Notes: generated from the sequence alone by a model not told the origin. A DNA stretch of 63,740 bases, filler included, from Octopus bimaculoides (GCF_001194135.2; 6 parts of 6 records of this genome joined end to end with filler, not necessarily neighbours in it); one strand, 5' to 3'; shown: positions 9,183 to 22,674, counted from the first letter of the whole stretch. Translations and numbers: made by a program.

Positions 9183-10880
9183 GCGCGTGTATATATGTAT
9201 ATATATGTATATATACAATATATTTATAGAGATAGATCGATATAGGTATATAGGAAATGTCTAGAATATATCAGTAATTGCTTGTGTATATATTTAATTA
9301 TTCTTTTCAAAGAAATGTCAGTTCATCTGTGCTTGAAAAAGTAGTTTCAATAACACTTTGTAATATGTCGAGCAATTTTCGTACGCTTTTCTATGTCGAT
9401 ATGTACATAAAAATATAGATATGCATGTATGTGTGCGTCTTTTAGTATATAAATATATTTATATGTGCATATATGCTATGGAGAAAGACAAAGGGAGAAG
9501 GGGAGAGAAAGAGAGAAACCTTCCAAAAAACAGCGACAGGAGAGATAAAGATAAAGGTTTAAACAGTAGGAGAGAGTGATAAATATTACTTGTCTAGTCA
9601 CCCTCACCCTCTTTCTCTCCCTCTATTTATGTATGTGTATATAAGCTATATATATATGTGTGTATATATATGTGTGTATATACATATATATATATATATA
9701 GCTTATATACAAGCTATATATATATATATAAATACATATATATATATATATATATATAATATTTTGTATAACACCTTCAGTCTGAAGATTGATTCGTATA
9801 AGAGAAGTTGGTAAACTGTTTTGTGTTAAAGATTTTTCACGGATAAAGCTTGATGAGGTTGCTTAAAGGTAAATTTAAACGAGAAGAACAAAAGCACGCG
9901 TGCAAATGTACACGTATATATAAGTGTGTATATCTGCGAGTATGTGTGTTTGTAAGTAGGAGGAAGCGGAAACTGTTTCGTATTGCAAATTAAAGACGAT
10001 GAAGTAGGAACGGAAAAAGGAAGAAAAATTAAGAATATAATTGAGGATTTCTTCGATCACATGCTGTCATTTTTTCTTCCTCTTTGCGTATAATCCAGGC
10101 TATTTGGCGGAACTTTTTTTTTTCCTTTTGGTACTTCTTTTCCTTATTCCTTTCTCTCAAAATTTTAGGATTCTATGCGAAAACAACAACGCAAAACAGA
10201 TCATATAAACGAACAATTCAAAACTAAAACGATTTTCTTTGTTATCTACTGATACTTTTTTACCACAGTCTTTAGTGGATATAATTCAGTTAAACACTCA
10301 TATTACTTCGTAACTCTTTTGTTCCTTATAACTACACATACATTTATGAAATTATATATATATATATACATATATTATGTACCAAAATATTCTCTATTTT
10401 CAACTGCTAAATATATATATATATATTCTATTAATTTCTACACTTGATAATGAAAGTTACTGCAAAAATCAAAATGGAATATTACGTCATAAATATGCAA
10501 TGATGAGAACAGATCATGTGACTGAGGATAAAATGTTTACAGAATAAAATTGTTATATATATATATAAATGAAGGTACGTAAATGTATAAACCAACACGC
10601 GCACACACCGAACACATCGTATGCACACAGACAACCTCAAACATACAGCTAAACACATACACACATAGATTATAAACGGAGAAGTGAGAGAAGAGAAAAT
10701 AAAATAAAATGAGTGTGTAAACTACACACACACACACACACACATGATATATATATATATTTGAAGAAAAGCAAATTTTATTCACCAAATCTCTTGATTT
10801 TGTTTTTGTTTATTTTTTTACCCTACCAGATTCTGGTGCCTCAAACATTTTAAGTACATTTTAATCTTTTGACTAAATCT

Positions 10881-10980
10881 NNNNNNNNNNNNNNNNNNNN
10901 NNNNNNNNNNNNNNNNNNNNNNNNTTAATTAATTAANNNNNNNNNNNNNNNNNNNNNNNNNNNNNNNNNNNNNNNNNNNN
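10881..10980. other. Assembly spacer N44-TTAATTAATTAA-N44
   Basis: An exact 100-bp structure repeated five times. The 12-mer puts stops in all six frames. Confidence 0.97.
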
Positions 10981-11280
10981 CAGTACCGCCTGACTGGCTC
11001 CTGTAGGATTTTCGAGCGAGATCGTTGCCAGTGCCCCTGGACTGGCTTGTGCGGGTGGCACATAAAAGACACCATTTCGAGCGTGGCCGTTTTCGTGCGG
11101 GTGACACGTAAAAGCACCCACTACACTCTCTGAGTGGTTGGCGTTAGGAAGGGCATCCAGCTGTAGAAACTCTGCCAAATCAGACTGGAGCCTGGTGTTG
11201 CCATCCGGTTTCACCAGTCCTCAGTCAAATCGTCCAACCCATGCTAGCATGGAAAGCAGACGTTAAACGATGATGATGAT
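10981..11280 (+). mobile_element. SINE-like family D with RTE-type 3' tail ending in (GAT)n
   Basis: Ends CCATGCTAGCATGGAAAGCAGACGTTAAAC(GAT)n. Near-identical reverse copy at 17700-18017. Confidence 0.85.
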
Positions 11281-12542
11281 ATATGTATGTATATGTGCGT
11301 GTATGGATACATATATGCATATTCACATATGCATACACATCTTTCACCACTACTACTTGATAGCCAGTTTATTTGTTTATTTACATTCCTGCAACTTAGT
11401 AGTTTGCCAAAAGAGAGTGACAGAGTAAGTAAAAGACTTAAAATAAGGCCTGGGGCTGATTCATCTGATTAACCCTTCAAGGCAGTGCTGCATCATGGCT
11501 ACAGTCGAATGAGAGTGAAACAAGTAAAATTGTAAGCGAATGAATATTTTAGTAGTCTGAATAGTATTTCATAAGAGGTTACACTTGATCAGATACACAT
11601 TCTTATCTGAATATTTTATCATTGAATTTGAAGCTCAAAGGAAGTAAAAAAAAAAACACCAAAAGTCAAAAAAAAAAAAAAAAAAAAAAAAAAAAGAAGA
11701 TAATTAGGGACTGAAAGGGACACAAGTGGGGAGGTTAATATGATAAACGTTCAGATTGTTAAGGGCAAAACTTAAGCAAATAAGGATCTTCTCAATGCAC
11801 ATTTTTACGGCAATGTATAGTAATGACATAGTTTGATGGACAACCTGAAGTTCTTCTTTGCCAGACTGAAATAATTCTTGAAGCTTCATAAATTCCTAAT
11901 CTTGATGAAAGATTTTCAATCAGTTCACTGTCACTAGTTCTCTAATAAATAGAAAATGGGGGGAAAGAGTGTGGAGAATGATAGGGTAACAAAGATGAAA
12001 ATCTTAATGATTCTTAATGAATAACAAGAACTGTTCTGAGATATTGATTGCTTCTTGTAGATTTCTTCTGATAAAATAATCTTGTTATCGTCAAGCAACT
12101 TAATTAGATTTACAGCTGTGCTCACACATACACATACACACATACACAAAGGTACACTCTTATCCAACAAATATACCTCACTGAAAGACAGCTTACATAT
12201 ACACAACAGTACATATGGGGGAAAAAATACACATACAAACACACACACACACACTCACATAGGTACATACATAGGTGCTCAGACACATTCATAAATCAAT
12301 GCTAATGCATACTCATAATAAAAGAACCCCCCCCCCAAAAAAAAACATACATATCTATAGAATATATGAACAGAATTATAGAGACACATAGAAGAATTAT
12401 AAAGTGTATACACATAGGTATACACACAAGCAAATATGCAAACATGTAAACAAATTAACATATGTACACACACACATATATATATATATATAATATACAC
12501 ATACACACTCACACACACATGTATAAATATATCTCTATCCAT

Positions 12543-12585
<43 letters not shown>

Positions 12586-12597
12586 CCTATCTATCTA

Positions 12598-12654
<57 letters not shown>

Positions 12655-12675
12655 ACATGTGTGTGTGTATGAGGG

Positions 12676-12715
<40 letters not shown>

Positions 12716-13176
12716 GATCCAAATAAGTAAATAGATACATGTGGGTGTATTTGAGTGTATATATAAATATCTGCTTACATCTCTGTGTGTAGATTTATAT
12801 AACTAGACATATGCATACACATATACAAATACATAAATTACTCACACGCATACATACAAATATATAAATGCACATGCATATACATATATACATATATATA
12901 CATCCACAAACATATATATGCACATATCTACATTATAACACATGCATGCTAACATACACACACATGCACACACACACACACACACACATACATACATACA
13001 CGTACACACTCAATGCAAAAACGAACGACTAAATAAACAAAACCATACACAGACACGGACATACTCATCAAACCAACTCACAGACAAACGAACCTACCAA
13101 TACACTTAACTGGTACAAGAAGTAAATTGGCCTTTATTTGAAGATACTCTTTATCTTATAACAAATAAGTGAACAG

Positions 13177-13211
<35 letters not shown>

Positions 13212-13539
13212 AACAGCAACAATTGTCACAATGTTAGCAACAACAAATTTCTAACTACAGCTCACTAAGTTAATCAAAAGTAATCACATACACAGCGTTA
13301 TGTCCTTCGGCAAGATACACTAAGCAATGTTGTTGTGACAATTGTAAAAGTTCAAAGGAATGTCAGAAGAAAATACACACAGGAGTAGTTTTATTGGAAG
13401 AGGATGGCTTTCAATGGTTGCTGATGACGTGAGTGGCTTTGGGTTGAGTCAATGGGCTGTATGGATGTAACTAGCGGGCAATGGGCTTATTTTCTATTCA
13501 GCTTTCATGTCTTGTTGCTTTGTTGGGTATATTTTAGAG

Positions 13540-13857
13540 CAGTGATTTCCAAACTGGGCGGTACTGCCATGCTGAGGGTAGTACAAAGATCCAGTGGGTA
13601 TGGGGCATTGAAGAAAAGTGGGGCAATAATGAAGTGGCCAACAATAAGGAGTTCAATGGATGAAAATGAAAACAAAATAATGGGTTAATTAGGTTAAGTT
13701 TTATTTGTGAAATACAATTGTTTTGAATTTGCTGCAGAGAGTGGACTATGTTTGTAGCGGTGGTGAGTGTGTGTGTGTGGGGGGGGGCGTGAGGTGCACT
13801 AGGAATGAGACCTGGGTGCCAAGGGGGCGGCAGCCCCAAAATATTTGGGGACCACTG
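13540..13857. mobile_element. hAT (Charlie/Buster-like) MITE
   Basis: Termini CAGTGATTTCCAAA...TTTGGGGACCACTG. Flanks TTTTAGAG / TTTAGAG are consistent with an 8-bp TSD that has lost one base. Confidence 0.75.
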
Positions 13858-13874
13858 TTTAGAGGAAAATGTGT

Positions 13875-14035
13875 GTGTGTGGCTGTATGGCTAGATGTTT
13901 GCTTCCCAACCATAATGTTCTGGGTTCAATCTCCCATTGTGTGGTGCCTTGGGCAAGTTTGACAAATGTCTCCTACTATAGCCTTTGGCCGATAAATGTC
14001 TTGTGAGTGGATTTGAGAGATGGAAACAGAAAGAC
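13875..14035 (+). mobile_element. SINE family A head
   Basis: TGGCTGTATGG...GGGTTCAATCTCCC...CCTTGGGCAAG...GAGTGGATTTG. Confidence 0.7.
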
Positions 14036-14092
14036 ACTCATCATATATACATACACGCTTGTGCATGCATACAAGCATATATACATATATAA

Positions 14093-14126
<34 letters not shown>

Positions 14127-14574
14127 TTATATATATATATATNNNNNNNNNNNNNNNNNNNNNNNNNNNNNNNNNNNNNNNNNNNNNNNNNNNNNNNNNN
14201 NNNNNNNNNNNNNNNNNNNNNNNNNNNNNNNNNNNNNNNNNNNNNNNNNNNNNNNNNNNNNNNNNNNNNNNNNNNNNNNNNNNNNNNNTATATATATATA
14301 TATATATATTATGGTTGGGTAGGCTGGTTTATGGGGTTACCCTGGGTTTCTTGCTCATAAGGGGTTTAGCCTTGTGGCGTATCTTCAGATCCCAAACACT
14401 GCTGGCCTGAGACCTCTTTAAAATGTGGAGGGGGAAAAACCTCATTTTTAAGGGTAAAACCCTATCTGATTATCTCCCTTTGCCATTGTCCATCAATCTT
14501 CGACTGTGCTGCCATTTTGTGGTCACCAAAGCACCACAATGGTAAACAATTGTCTCCCTTCGGCCTTGGCTATT

Positions 14575-14810
14575 GGTTTTCAGCTGGTACTGGTGTCACA
14601 TAAAAAGTGCTGGTGAGGGTGCCACATTAAAAATACATGGGATACTTTGTAAAGTGGTTGGCATTATAAAGGGCATCCAGCAGTAGAAACCAAGCCAAAA
14701 CAGACTATGGGACCTTGTACAGTCCCTGGCCTTGCCAGCTCTTGTCAAGCCATCCAACCCATGTCAGCATGGAAAGTAGACATTAAATGATGATGAGGAT
14801 GATGAAGATA
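14575..14810 (+). mobile_element. SINE-like family D, degenerate
   Basis: AAGGGCATCCAGCAGTAGAAAC...CCAACCCATGTCAGCATGGAAAG...TTAAATGATGATG. Confidence 0.7.
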
Positions 14811-14821
14811 TATATAACTAC

Positions 14822-15152
14822 ATAAATGACAGAAAATGGAATGAATGACATTCTTTATTTTAAAAAATCTCTACAATTGTTTCAGCATGTTTTTATACTT
14901 GTAGTACACTGGTGAGATGTTGTGTAATCATTATCATCAATCCAAAAGGTAAAGTGCACCTCCTCAAGTGACAGTAGAATCTAACAAAGGACTTATTGAA
15001 ATAATCACCTGAGGAGGTGCATTTGACACTTTGAACAGATGATAATTATTACATAACATCTCACCAACGTTCTACAAGTATAAAAACATGTTGAAACAAT
15101 TGTAGTAATTTTTAAATAAAGAATGTCATTCATTCCATTTGCTATCATTTAT
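14822..15152. repeat. Long imperfect fold-back (arms of about 150 bp)
   Basis: 14822-14970 is the reverse complement of about 15005-15152 with scattered mismatches. The loop is about 34 nt. Confidence 0.9.
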
Positions 15153-15599
15153 CTCTTTATGAAAACTCATCGGATACTATGGAATTCCTGATGTATATCC
15201 AGTAGCAAGAACATCTCCAGTATATGATGACATCAGGTAACCAATACCTGTGGACAAGCTTTGCATAGTATTCTACAAGGTTTTTACCTGTGTATGCTTC
15301 AATGCTTATCTACCAGCACTGCTTGACAACTGATGTTAGTTTGTTTACATACCCATAACTTAACAGTTCAACAAAAATTGACTGATAGAATAGATATCAG
15401 ACTTAAAAATAAAAATAAGCTGAGTGGACTGGAGCAATGTGAAATAAAGTGTTTTGCTCAAGGGCACAATGCACCACCAGGAATCGATCTCACAACCTTG
15501 TCATTATGAGCAGAATACCGCTAACTGCTAAACTATGTGCCATCTCTCTCTCTCTCTCCCTCTCTTTCTTTCTCTCTCTCCCTCTCTTTCTTTCTCTCT

Positions 15600-15668
<69 letters not shown>

Positions 15669-15671
15669 GCG

Positions 15672-15841
15672 TATATATTAAATAACAGTTTGATTCACCC
15701 CACACTTAAATGTTCATTTGTGTATAGGACACAGCCATCTCATCAAACATTCTTCCAATATCTGATGAGGCAGGTGTATCCTATACACACATGAAACTTT
15801 AAGTGATATATGGAGCTGAGCAAACTGTTATGAAATATATA
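15672..15841. repeat. Imperfect fold-back (arms of about 75-80 bp)
   Basis: ATAACAGTTTG/CAAACTGTTAT, TGTGTATAGGA/TCCTATACACA and CTCATCA/TGATGAG pair colinearly. Confidence 0.75.
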
Positions 15842-16599
15842 GAGTTTCTACCTATGCCTTTTCTACACATCGAGCAGGGCCATCTNNNNNNNNNNNNNNN
15901 NNNNNNNNNNNNNNNNNNNNNNNNNNNNNNNNNNNNNNNNNNNNNNNNNNNNNNNNNNNNNNNNNNNNNNNNNNNNNNNNNNNNNNNNNNNNNNNNNNNN
16001 NNNNNNNNNNNNNNNNNNNNNNNNNNNNNNNNNNNNNNNNNNNNNNNNNNNNNNNNNNNNNNNNNNNNNNNNNNNNNNNNNNNNNNNNNNNNNNNNNNNN
16101 NNNNNNNNNNNNNNNNNNNNNNNNNNNNNNNNNNNNNNNNNNNNNNNNNNNNNNNNNNNNNNNNNNNNNNNNNNNNNNNNNNNNNNNNNNNNNNNNNNNN
16201 NNNNNNNNNNNNNNNNNNNNNNNNNNNNNNNNNNNNNNNNNNNNNNNNNNNNNNNNNNNNNNNNNNNNNNNNNNNNNNNNNNNNNNNNNNNNNNNNNNNN
16301 NNNNNNNNNNNNNNNNNNNNNNNNNNNNNNNNNNNNNNNNNNNNNNNNNNNNNNNNNNNNNNNNNNNNNNNNNNNNNNNNNNNNNNNNNNNNNNNNNNNN
16401 NNNNNNNNNNNNNNNNNNNNNNNNNNNNNNNNNNNNNNNNNNNNNNNNNNNNNNNNNNNNNNNNNNNNNNNNNNNNNNNNNNNNNNNNNNNNNNNNNNNN
16501 NNNNNNNNNNNNNNNNNNNNNNNNNNNNNNNNNNNNNNNNNNNNNNNNNNNNNNNNNNNNNNNNNNNNNNNNNNNNNNNNNNNNNNNNNNNTATATATA

Positions 16600-16834
16600 C
16601 AGAGGTTTGGCCAAAAGTCACCCGACACTAAATCAAAATTCCATAAATACTATCTGTAATACTGTATTGACTTGACTGGGAAAATGTGTCGCTCAAGAAG
16701 AACTTCAGTTTGAACAATTTTCATGATGTTTCGTATTTAGATGCTTTTATTAAATTCATTCAGTTGCTAAACATAAATAAATCTCGGAATTAAATGGTTT
16801 TGCTTTACTGTCAGGTGACTTTTGGCCAACCCTG
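16600..16834. mobile_element. Tc1/mariner-type MITE
   Basis: TA|CAGAGGTTTGGCCAAAAGTCACCCGACA...TGTCAGGTGACTTTTGGCCAACCCTG|TA. Confidence 0.8.
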
Positions 16835-17242
16835 TATATATAAATAAATATATATATATATAAATACCCAGAAGTTAAATTGAGCTCCTAATAGTTTCAT
16901 GTGAAAGAGTTACAATAATTTGACAGATTTATATAACATTCCATATGTCTCCAAGCAATCCTTCAGGCTCAGTGCATACCATTAGACCTGTTTGGAAACC
17001 TGGATGCTGGCCTATGAGAAAACATGAGAAAAAAACAAGAAGAAAAAGAAGGTTGATGTAAAAAGTGAAATGGAAAGATTGCTTAGAGACACATATGTTA
17101 TATTAATCTCCCAATTTATTGTATTTGAACAACATGAAGATATTAGTAAAAGAATTCTGCATATATTAAATATTTTCCCCTCTACGCATGCGCACGGCGT
17201 TACTACACTACCTATAATATAAAAGTATACTATATGAAATAC

Positions 17243-17572
17243 TGGTATGGCTCAGTGGTTAGAGCATTGGGCTCACAATCATGAAGTAGTGAGTTCAATT
17301 CCCAGATCAGGCTGTGTGTTGTGTTCTTCAACAAGACACTTCATTTCATGTCGCTCCAGTTCACTCAGCTGTAGAAATGAGTTGTGGCATCACTGGTGCC
17401 AAGCTGTATTGGCCTTTGCCTTTCCCTTGGATAACATCGGTGGCATGTAGAGGGGAGACTGATATGCATCGGTGCCTGCTGGTCTTTCATAAACACCCTT
17501 GCCCAGACTTGTGCCTCGGAGGGGAACTTTCTGGATGCAATCTTATGGTTCCTTCATGACCGAAGTGGGTCT
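17243..17572 (+). mobile_element. tRNA-derived SINE family C2
   Basis: A box TGGCTCAGTGG and B box GAGTTCAATTCC. The body is shared with 18718-19005, 38805-39132 and 24715-24870 (minus). Confidence 0.8.
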
Positions 17573-17699
17573 TCTCATTCGCATAATCACCAAACCTGGA
17601 GCTTAACTATAGTCTGTCCATAGCATTTACTCAGCATTACCTGACACCTTTGGGTCTTATTGACACCATTACCTCTCAAAACCTATATATATATATATA

Positions 17700-18017
17700 C
17701 ATCATCATCATCCTCATCATCGTTTAACGTCCGCTTTCCATGCTAGCATGGGTTGGACGATTTGACTGAGGACTGGTGAAACCGGATGGCAACACCAGGC
17801 TCCAGTCTAACTTGGCAGAGTTTCTACAGCTGGATGCCCTTCCTAACGCCAACCACTCAGAGAGTGTAGTGGGTGCTTTTACGTGTCACCCGCACGAAAA
17901 CGGCCACGCTCGAAATGGTGTCTTTTATGTGCCATCCGCACAAGCCAGTCCAGGGGCACTGGCAACGATCTCGCTCGAAAATCCTACGGGAGCCAGTCAG
18001 GTGGTACTGGCAACGGC
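17700..18017 (-). mobile_element. SINE-like family D
   Basis: Reverse-complement near-identity to 10981-11280. A further partial copy lies at 18301-18465. Confidence 0.85.
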
Positions 18018-18018
18018 A

Positions 18019-18061
<43 letters not shown>

Positions 18062-18266
18062 TACTAAACGTTTCGACTACATGTACTTATCATGCTACTA
18101 ATAGTTTCCCATACATACATACATATGTTTATTAGGGCGCAGGATTGACGCCTAATGAATGTACGCATGTATAGGAAACTATTAGTCATGCGATAAGTAC
18201 ATGTAGTTGAACTCTCATTGGATGGAGTACTCTTCATATTGACTTTTATGCCATTAATTTCTTATA

Positions 18267-18301
<35 letters not shown>

Positions 18302-18717
18302 CATCATCATCATCATCAACATCGTTTAACGTCCGCTTTCCATGCTAGCATGGGTTGGACGATTTGACTGAGGACTGGTGAAACCGGATGGCAACACCAG
18401 GCTCCAATCTAATTTGGCAGAGTTTCTACAGCTGGATGCCCTTCCTAACGCCAACCACTCAGAGAAAATTCAAATTATGATAAACGTAAACAAACAAACG
18501 AAGTATGCTTTTAGAAGCATTGAGATGTCTTAGAAAGTTAAAGAAGTGATTTTAAATTCTCAATTGCATGATAATGCTAATAATATAGCCTGAACAGGAT
18601 AAACTACCCCTATTTTGCAGAAAAAAGTGTGGGCGGCCAGCCATGAGACTCGAACTCACACCTCCGTGATTACTCGTCGTGGTGATATATATATATATAT
18701 ATATGTGAATATATCAT

Positions 18718-19005
18718 ATGGCTCAGTGGTTAGGGCGTTGGGGTCATAATCATGAGGCAGTGAGTTCGATTTCCAGACCAGGCTGTGTGTTGTGTTCTTG
18801 AGTAAGACACTTCATTTCACATTACTCCAGTTCACTCAGCTGTAGAAATGAATTGTGACATCACTGATGCCAAGCTGTATTGGCCTTTGCCTTTCCCTTG
18901 GATTACATCAGTGGCATGGAAAGGGGAGGCTGGTATGCATAAATAACTTTGCCCAGACTTGTGCCTCAGTGGGGAACTTTCTGGGTGCAATCCCATGGTT
19001 CTTTA
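18718..19005 (+). mobile_element. SINE family C2
   Basis: Colinear with 17243-17572. Confidence 0.8.
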
Positions 19006-19489
19006 ACCCTTTCATTACCATATTTCTTTTGAGGTGCTCTGTGTTTCTTTCAATTAATTCTAAATATAACAAAGAATTTAGTTAGATAACTTAGTTATCA
19101 TTAAGCTAGTGTTAGGAACATAAATTGTGAGTAAGGTTTGGTGGAAGATTTTAGTTCATAACTTTTGCAAACAAGACATTTGTATTACAGAGCCAGAGGC
19201 AGTTTCAGGCTGGTTTGTTTTAAAAGGTTAATGACCAAAGGGGGCATTAACCTTTAGGTGGGCAAGACAGATATAAAGCTAAAATAGACAATTACACAAA
19301 ACAAGTCAATATATTCTGAGTTGAAATCCTGCCAAAGTCATCTTTGCCTCTCGTCCTTCTAGAATCAATACAATTAAAGTACTTTATTTCATTGTTAGAT
19401 TATTAGAGAACATGCTTTGTGTTATTTGTTCCAGCTTTTTCCATTCTGAGTATTAAGTAGGTGTGAAGAACTTCTCTCTATCTAGATAC

Positions 19490-19583
19490 CTTGTGAAAAA
19501 TACCCAAAGGAAGTTTAATGAGAAATCACTTTGGTATCCAACCATGAAAATTCCATGACCCAGAGGTAGGTCATTTATCAAAC
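19490..19583 (-). CDS. Candidate internal exon of an unidentified gene
   Basis: Acceptor TTTCTTTTTTGACTCTGCTCTCAG, donor AAG|GTATCT, and a 94-nt open frame (G)LINDLPLGHGIFMVGYQSDFSLNFLWVFFT(R/S). No homolog recognised. Confidence 0.35.
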
Positions 19584-20629
19584 CTGAGAGCAGAGTCAAA
19601 AAAGAAATTGAGAACTTCATCTCTTTACATTTGTCTGTAACTTCAGCCTATGTTCTCTTTCTTGTTTCATGGTTTTATAGAAAACAGAAAAGTGTTTCTT
19701 CATGATTGAACATGACTTTTTGTGTTACCTACATTTTCTTTCAATTGGTTAATCTCCAATACCTTCTAGTGCACCTACTTATCTCTCTCTCTCTCTCTTT
19801 TCCTTTTTGTCCCCCTCTCTCTCTCTCCGATATTCTCACTTTTTTCAATGTTTTCTTTTCCATTTCACTCCCTTTTCCATTTTCACACACACACGTACAC
19901 AATCACACATACACTCACGTACACACACACACACACACACGTACACAATCACACACACACACGTACACACACGTACACACACACACAGACGTACGCCAAC
20001 ACACACACATGCGCATGCAAACAAACACACACACACACACACACACACATTCTTGCTATAATCCTCTTTTTTCCTTTCTTCCTTTGTTTATTTTTCTACT
20101 TAGTTTCCTGTTTCTTTTCCTCTTTCTTTCAAACATGCACCGTATTTGAACTTCTTCTACTGCATCTAATGCAATAGCTTAGTGAATAACAGCATTGAAA
20201 TCTTCTAGAAATGTTTTACTTATTCCACTTAAGCTCCAGATAAAATCATAAATTATTGTCTTTAACACGTTTCCTAAGAATATTATGAAATAGTTCTTTG
20301 TGCACACCAAATACTCATTGGTTACCTACACTGTGTTTCAAACAGTTTACCACTGTTGCCTGAATACATAGCATTATTTGTAATAGTATGTAAGTGTAAT
20401 AAAGTCATTTAACCCCTTCCTCTTTCTCTCTCTCTCCCTTCCACTCTCTTTCTCTCTCTATCTAGCTATCTCTGTCTCTCTGGCTGGGTAACTGTGTACC
20501 TCTTCTATAGCAAGGCACCTGTTTCTATCGCTTTTCACTCTCTAACCTTTCACCATCTGACACAAGATCTTCTCCTCCAATGGCCCCCTCCCCTCTCAAA
20601 GATTCCTTGTCTTTCAAGTTATTTGGTGA

Positions 20630-20920
20630 CCCTTCTGATGCCACATAAAAAGCTTCCAGTCCACACTGAAGTGGTTGTCATTTGGAAGGGCATCCAGCTG
20701 TAAGAACCATACTTGTGCTGGTGCCACATAAAAAGCACTCACTTGTGCTGGTTCCACATAAAAAGCATTCAATCCACCGTGTGGGGTGGTTAGTTTTAGG
20801 AAGGGCATCCAGCCATGCCAAAACAGACCAAGAAGCCTGGTATAGTCTTCTGCCTAGCTGGCTCTTGTCAAACCGTCCAACCCATGCTAACATGGAAGAT
20901 GGACGTGAAATGACGATGAT
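20630..20920 (+). mobile_element. SINE-like family D, degenerate, with internal duplication
   Basis: GAAGGGCATCCAGC occurs twice. Ends CCAACCCATGCTAACATGGAAGATGGACGTGAAATGACGATG. Confidence 0.7.
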
Positions 20921-20947
20921 GATATATATGTGTACACACAAATACAC

Positions 20948-21000
<53 letters not shown>

Positions 21001-21419
21001 CACACACCCACACACATATATATATACACGCACACACACACTCACACACATTATAACTGAAAAGCTCCAATTTCCAGTACTGAGTGTTGTTTGTTTCTGA
21101 TCATCAGTTGGTAAACCAAGTAGATGATCTTTTGAGTATCTACCACCTGAATATTTTGTGAAATATGAAATGAAAGTTTGAAGGAAATGCTTATCCTTAT
21201 GTTCCTTCATTTAAAAATCTTTGTGAATGACACATGCAAAAAATTACTAATTCCTGCATTTGCTTTTGATTTCATTTTTGGTTCTCGTAGGAATATTATT
21301 GTCATAAACTTCATACAATCGAAGTCATGAAACTGTGTTGCTGTTTAAACAAATCAGAATATTTCAGTTATAATGTTTTAAAGAATATTCTACATTTGCA
21401 TTGAGTCTGGTAATTTATA

Positions 21420-21545
21420 CAGGGTGTCCACAAAGTCTGGGTACATGGGGATTAACACATACTTTAAGAAATTATTATTTCTTATATTTAATTGTTTATG
21501 TTATGATTTTATGTACTCCATGTACCAGTCTTTGTGGACACCCTG
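21420..21545. mobile_element. Tc1/mariner-type MITE (126 bp)
   Basis: TA|CAGGGTGTCCACAAAGTCTGGGTACATGG...CCATGTACCAGTCTTTGTGGACACCCTG|TA. Confidence 0.85.
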
Positions 21546-22637
21546 TAGTTTTTGTGAACCATCAAAAACTTATATATATGTGAGTGTAGATAAGTGGATG
21601 TTAATCATCATCATCATCAACATCATCATCATCAACATCATCATCATCATCATTTAACGTCTGCTGGCATGGGTTGGACGGTTTGATCAGGATTGGTAAA
21701 CTGAGGGGCTGCATCAGGCTCCATGTCTGACTTGGCATAGTCTCTATTTATGGCTGGATGCCCTTTCTAATGCCAACCACTCTGTGAGTGTAATGGGTGC
21801 TATAATATGTATGTATGTCTATGTTTGTGTATATACAATTGATTTTATACAGTGACCATCTGCCAAATTTACTCAGAAGACATTGGTTAGTTTAACAAGA
21901 AAGTTGAAGACATTTACCTGAGATTCTATGTCATGGGACTGAACCCAAAACCACATGCATCTGAAGAGAACATCTTACCCACACACTGACATGTGTGCAC
22001 TGCCTATATATATCAGCTGTAGAAAATCTGCCAGATCAGATTGGAGCCTGGTGCAGCCTTCTGGTGCAGCCTTCTGGCTTGCCAGTCCTCAGTCAAATCC
22101 TCCAACCCATGCTAGCATGGAAAGTGGATGTTAAACGATGATGATATATATATATATATATATATATATANNNNNNNNNNNNNNNNNNNNNNNNNNNNNN
22201 NNNNNNNNNNNNNNNNNNNNNNNNNNNNNNNNNNNNNNNNNNNNNNNNNNNNNNNNNNNNNNNNNNNNNNNNNNNNNNNNNNNNNNNNNNNNNNNNNNNN
22301 NNNNNNNNNNNNNNNNNNNNNNNNNNNNNNNNNNNNNNNNNNNNNNNNNNNNNNNNNNNNNNNNNNNNNNNNNNNNNNNNNNNNNNNNNNNNNNNNNNNN
22401 NNNNNNNNNNNNNNNNNNNNNNNNNNNNNNNNNNNNNNNNNNNNNNNNNNNNNNNNNNNNNNNNNNNNNNNNNNNNNNNNNNNNNNNNNNNNNNNNNNNN
22501 NNNNNNNNNNNNNNNNNNNNNNNNNNNNNNNNNNNNNNNNNNNNNNNNNNNNNNNNNNNNNNNNNNNNNNNNNNNNNNNNNNNNNNNNNNNNNNNNNNNN
22601 NNNNNNNNNNNNNNNNNNNNNNNNNNNNNNNNNNNNN

Positions 22638-22674
<37 letters not shown>

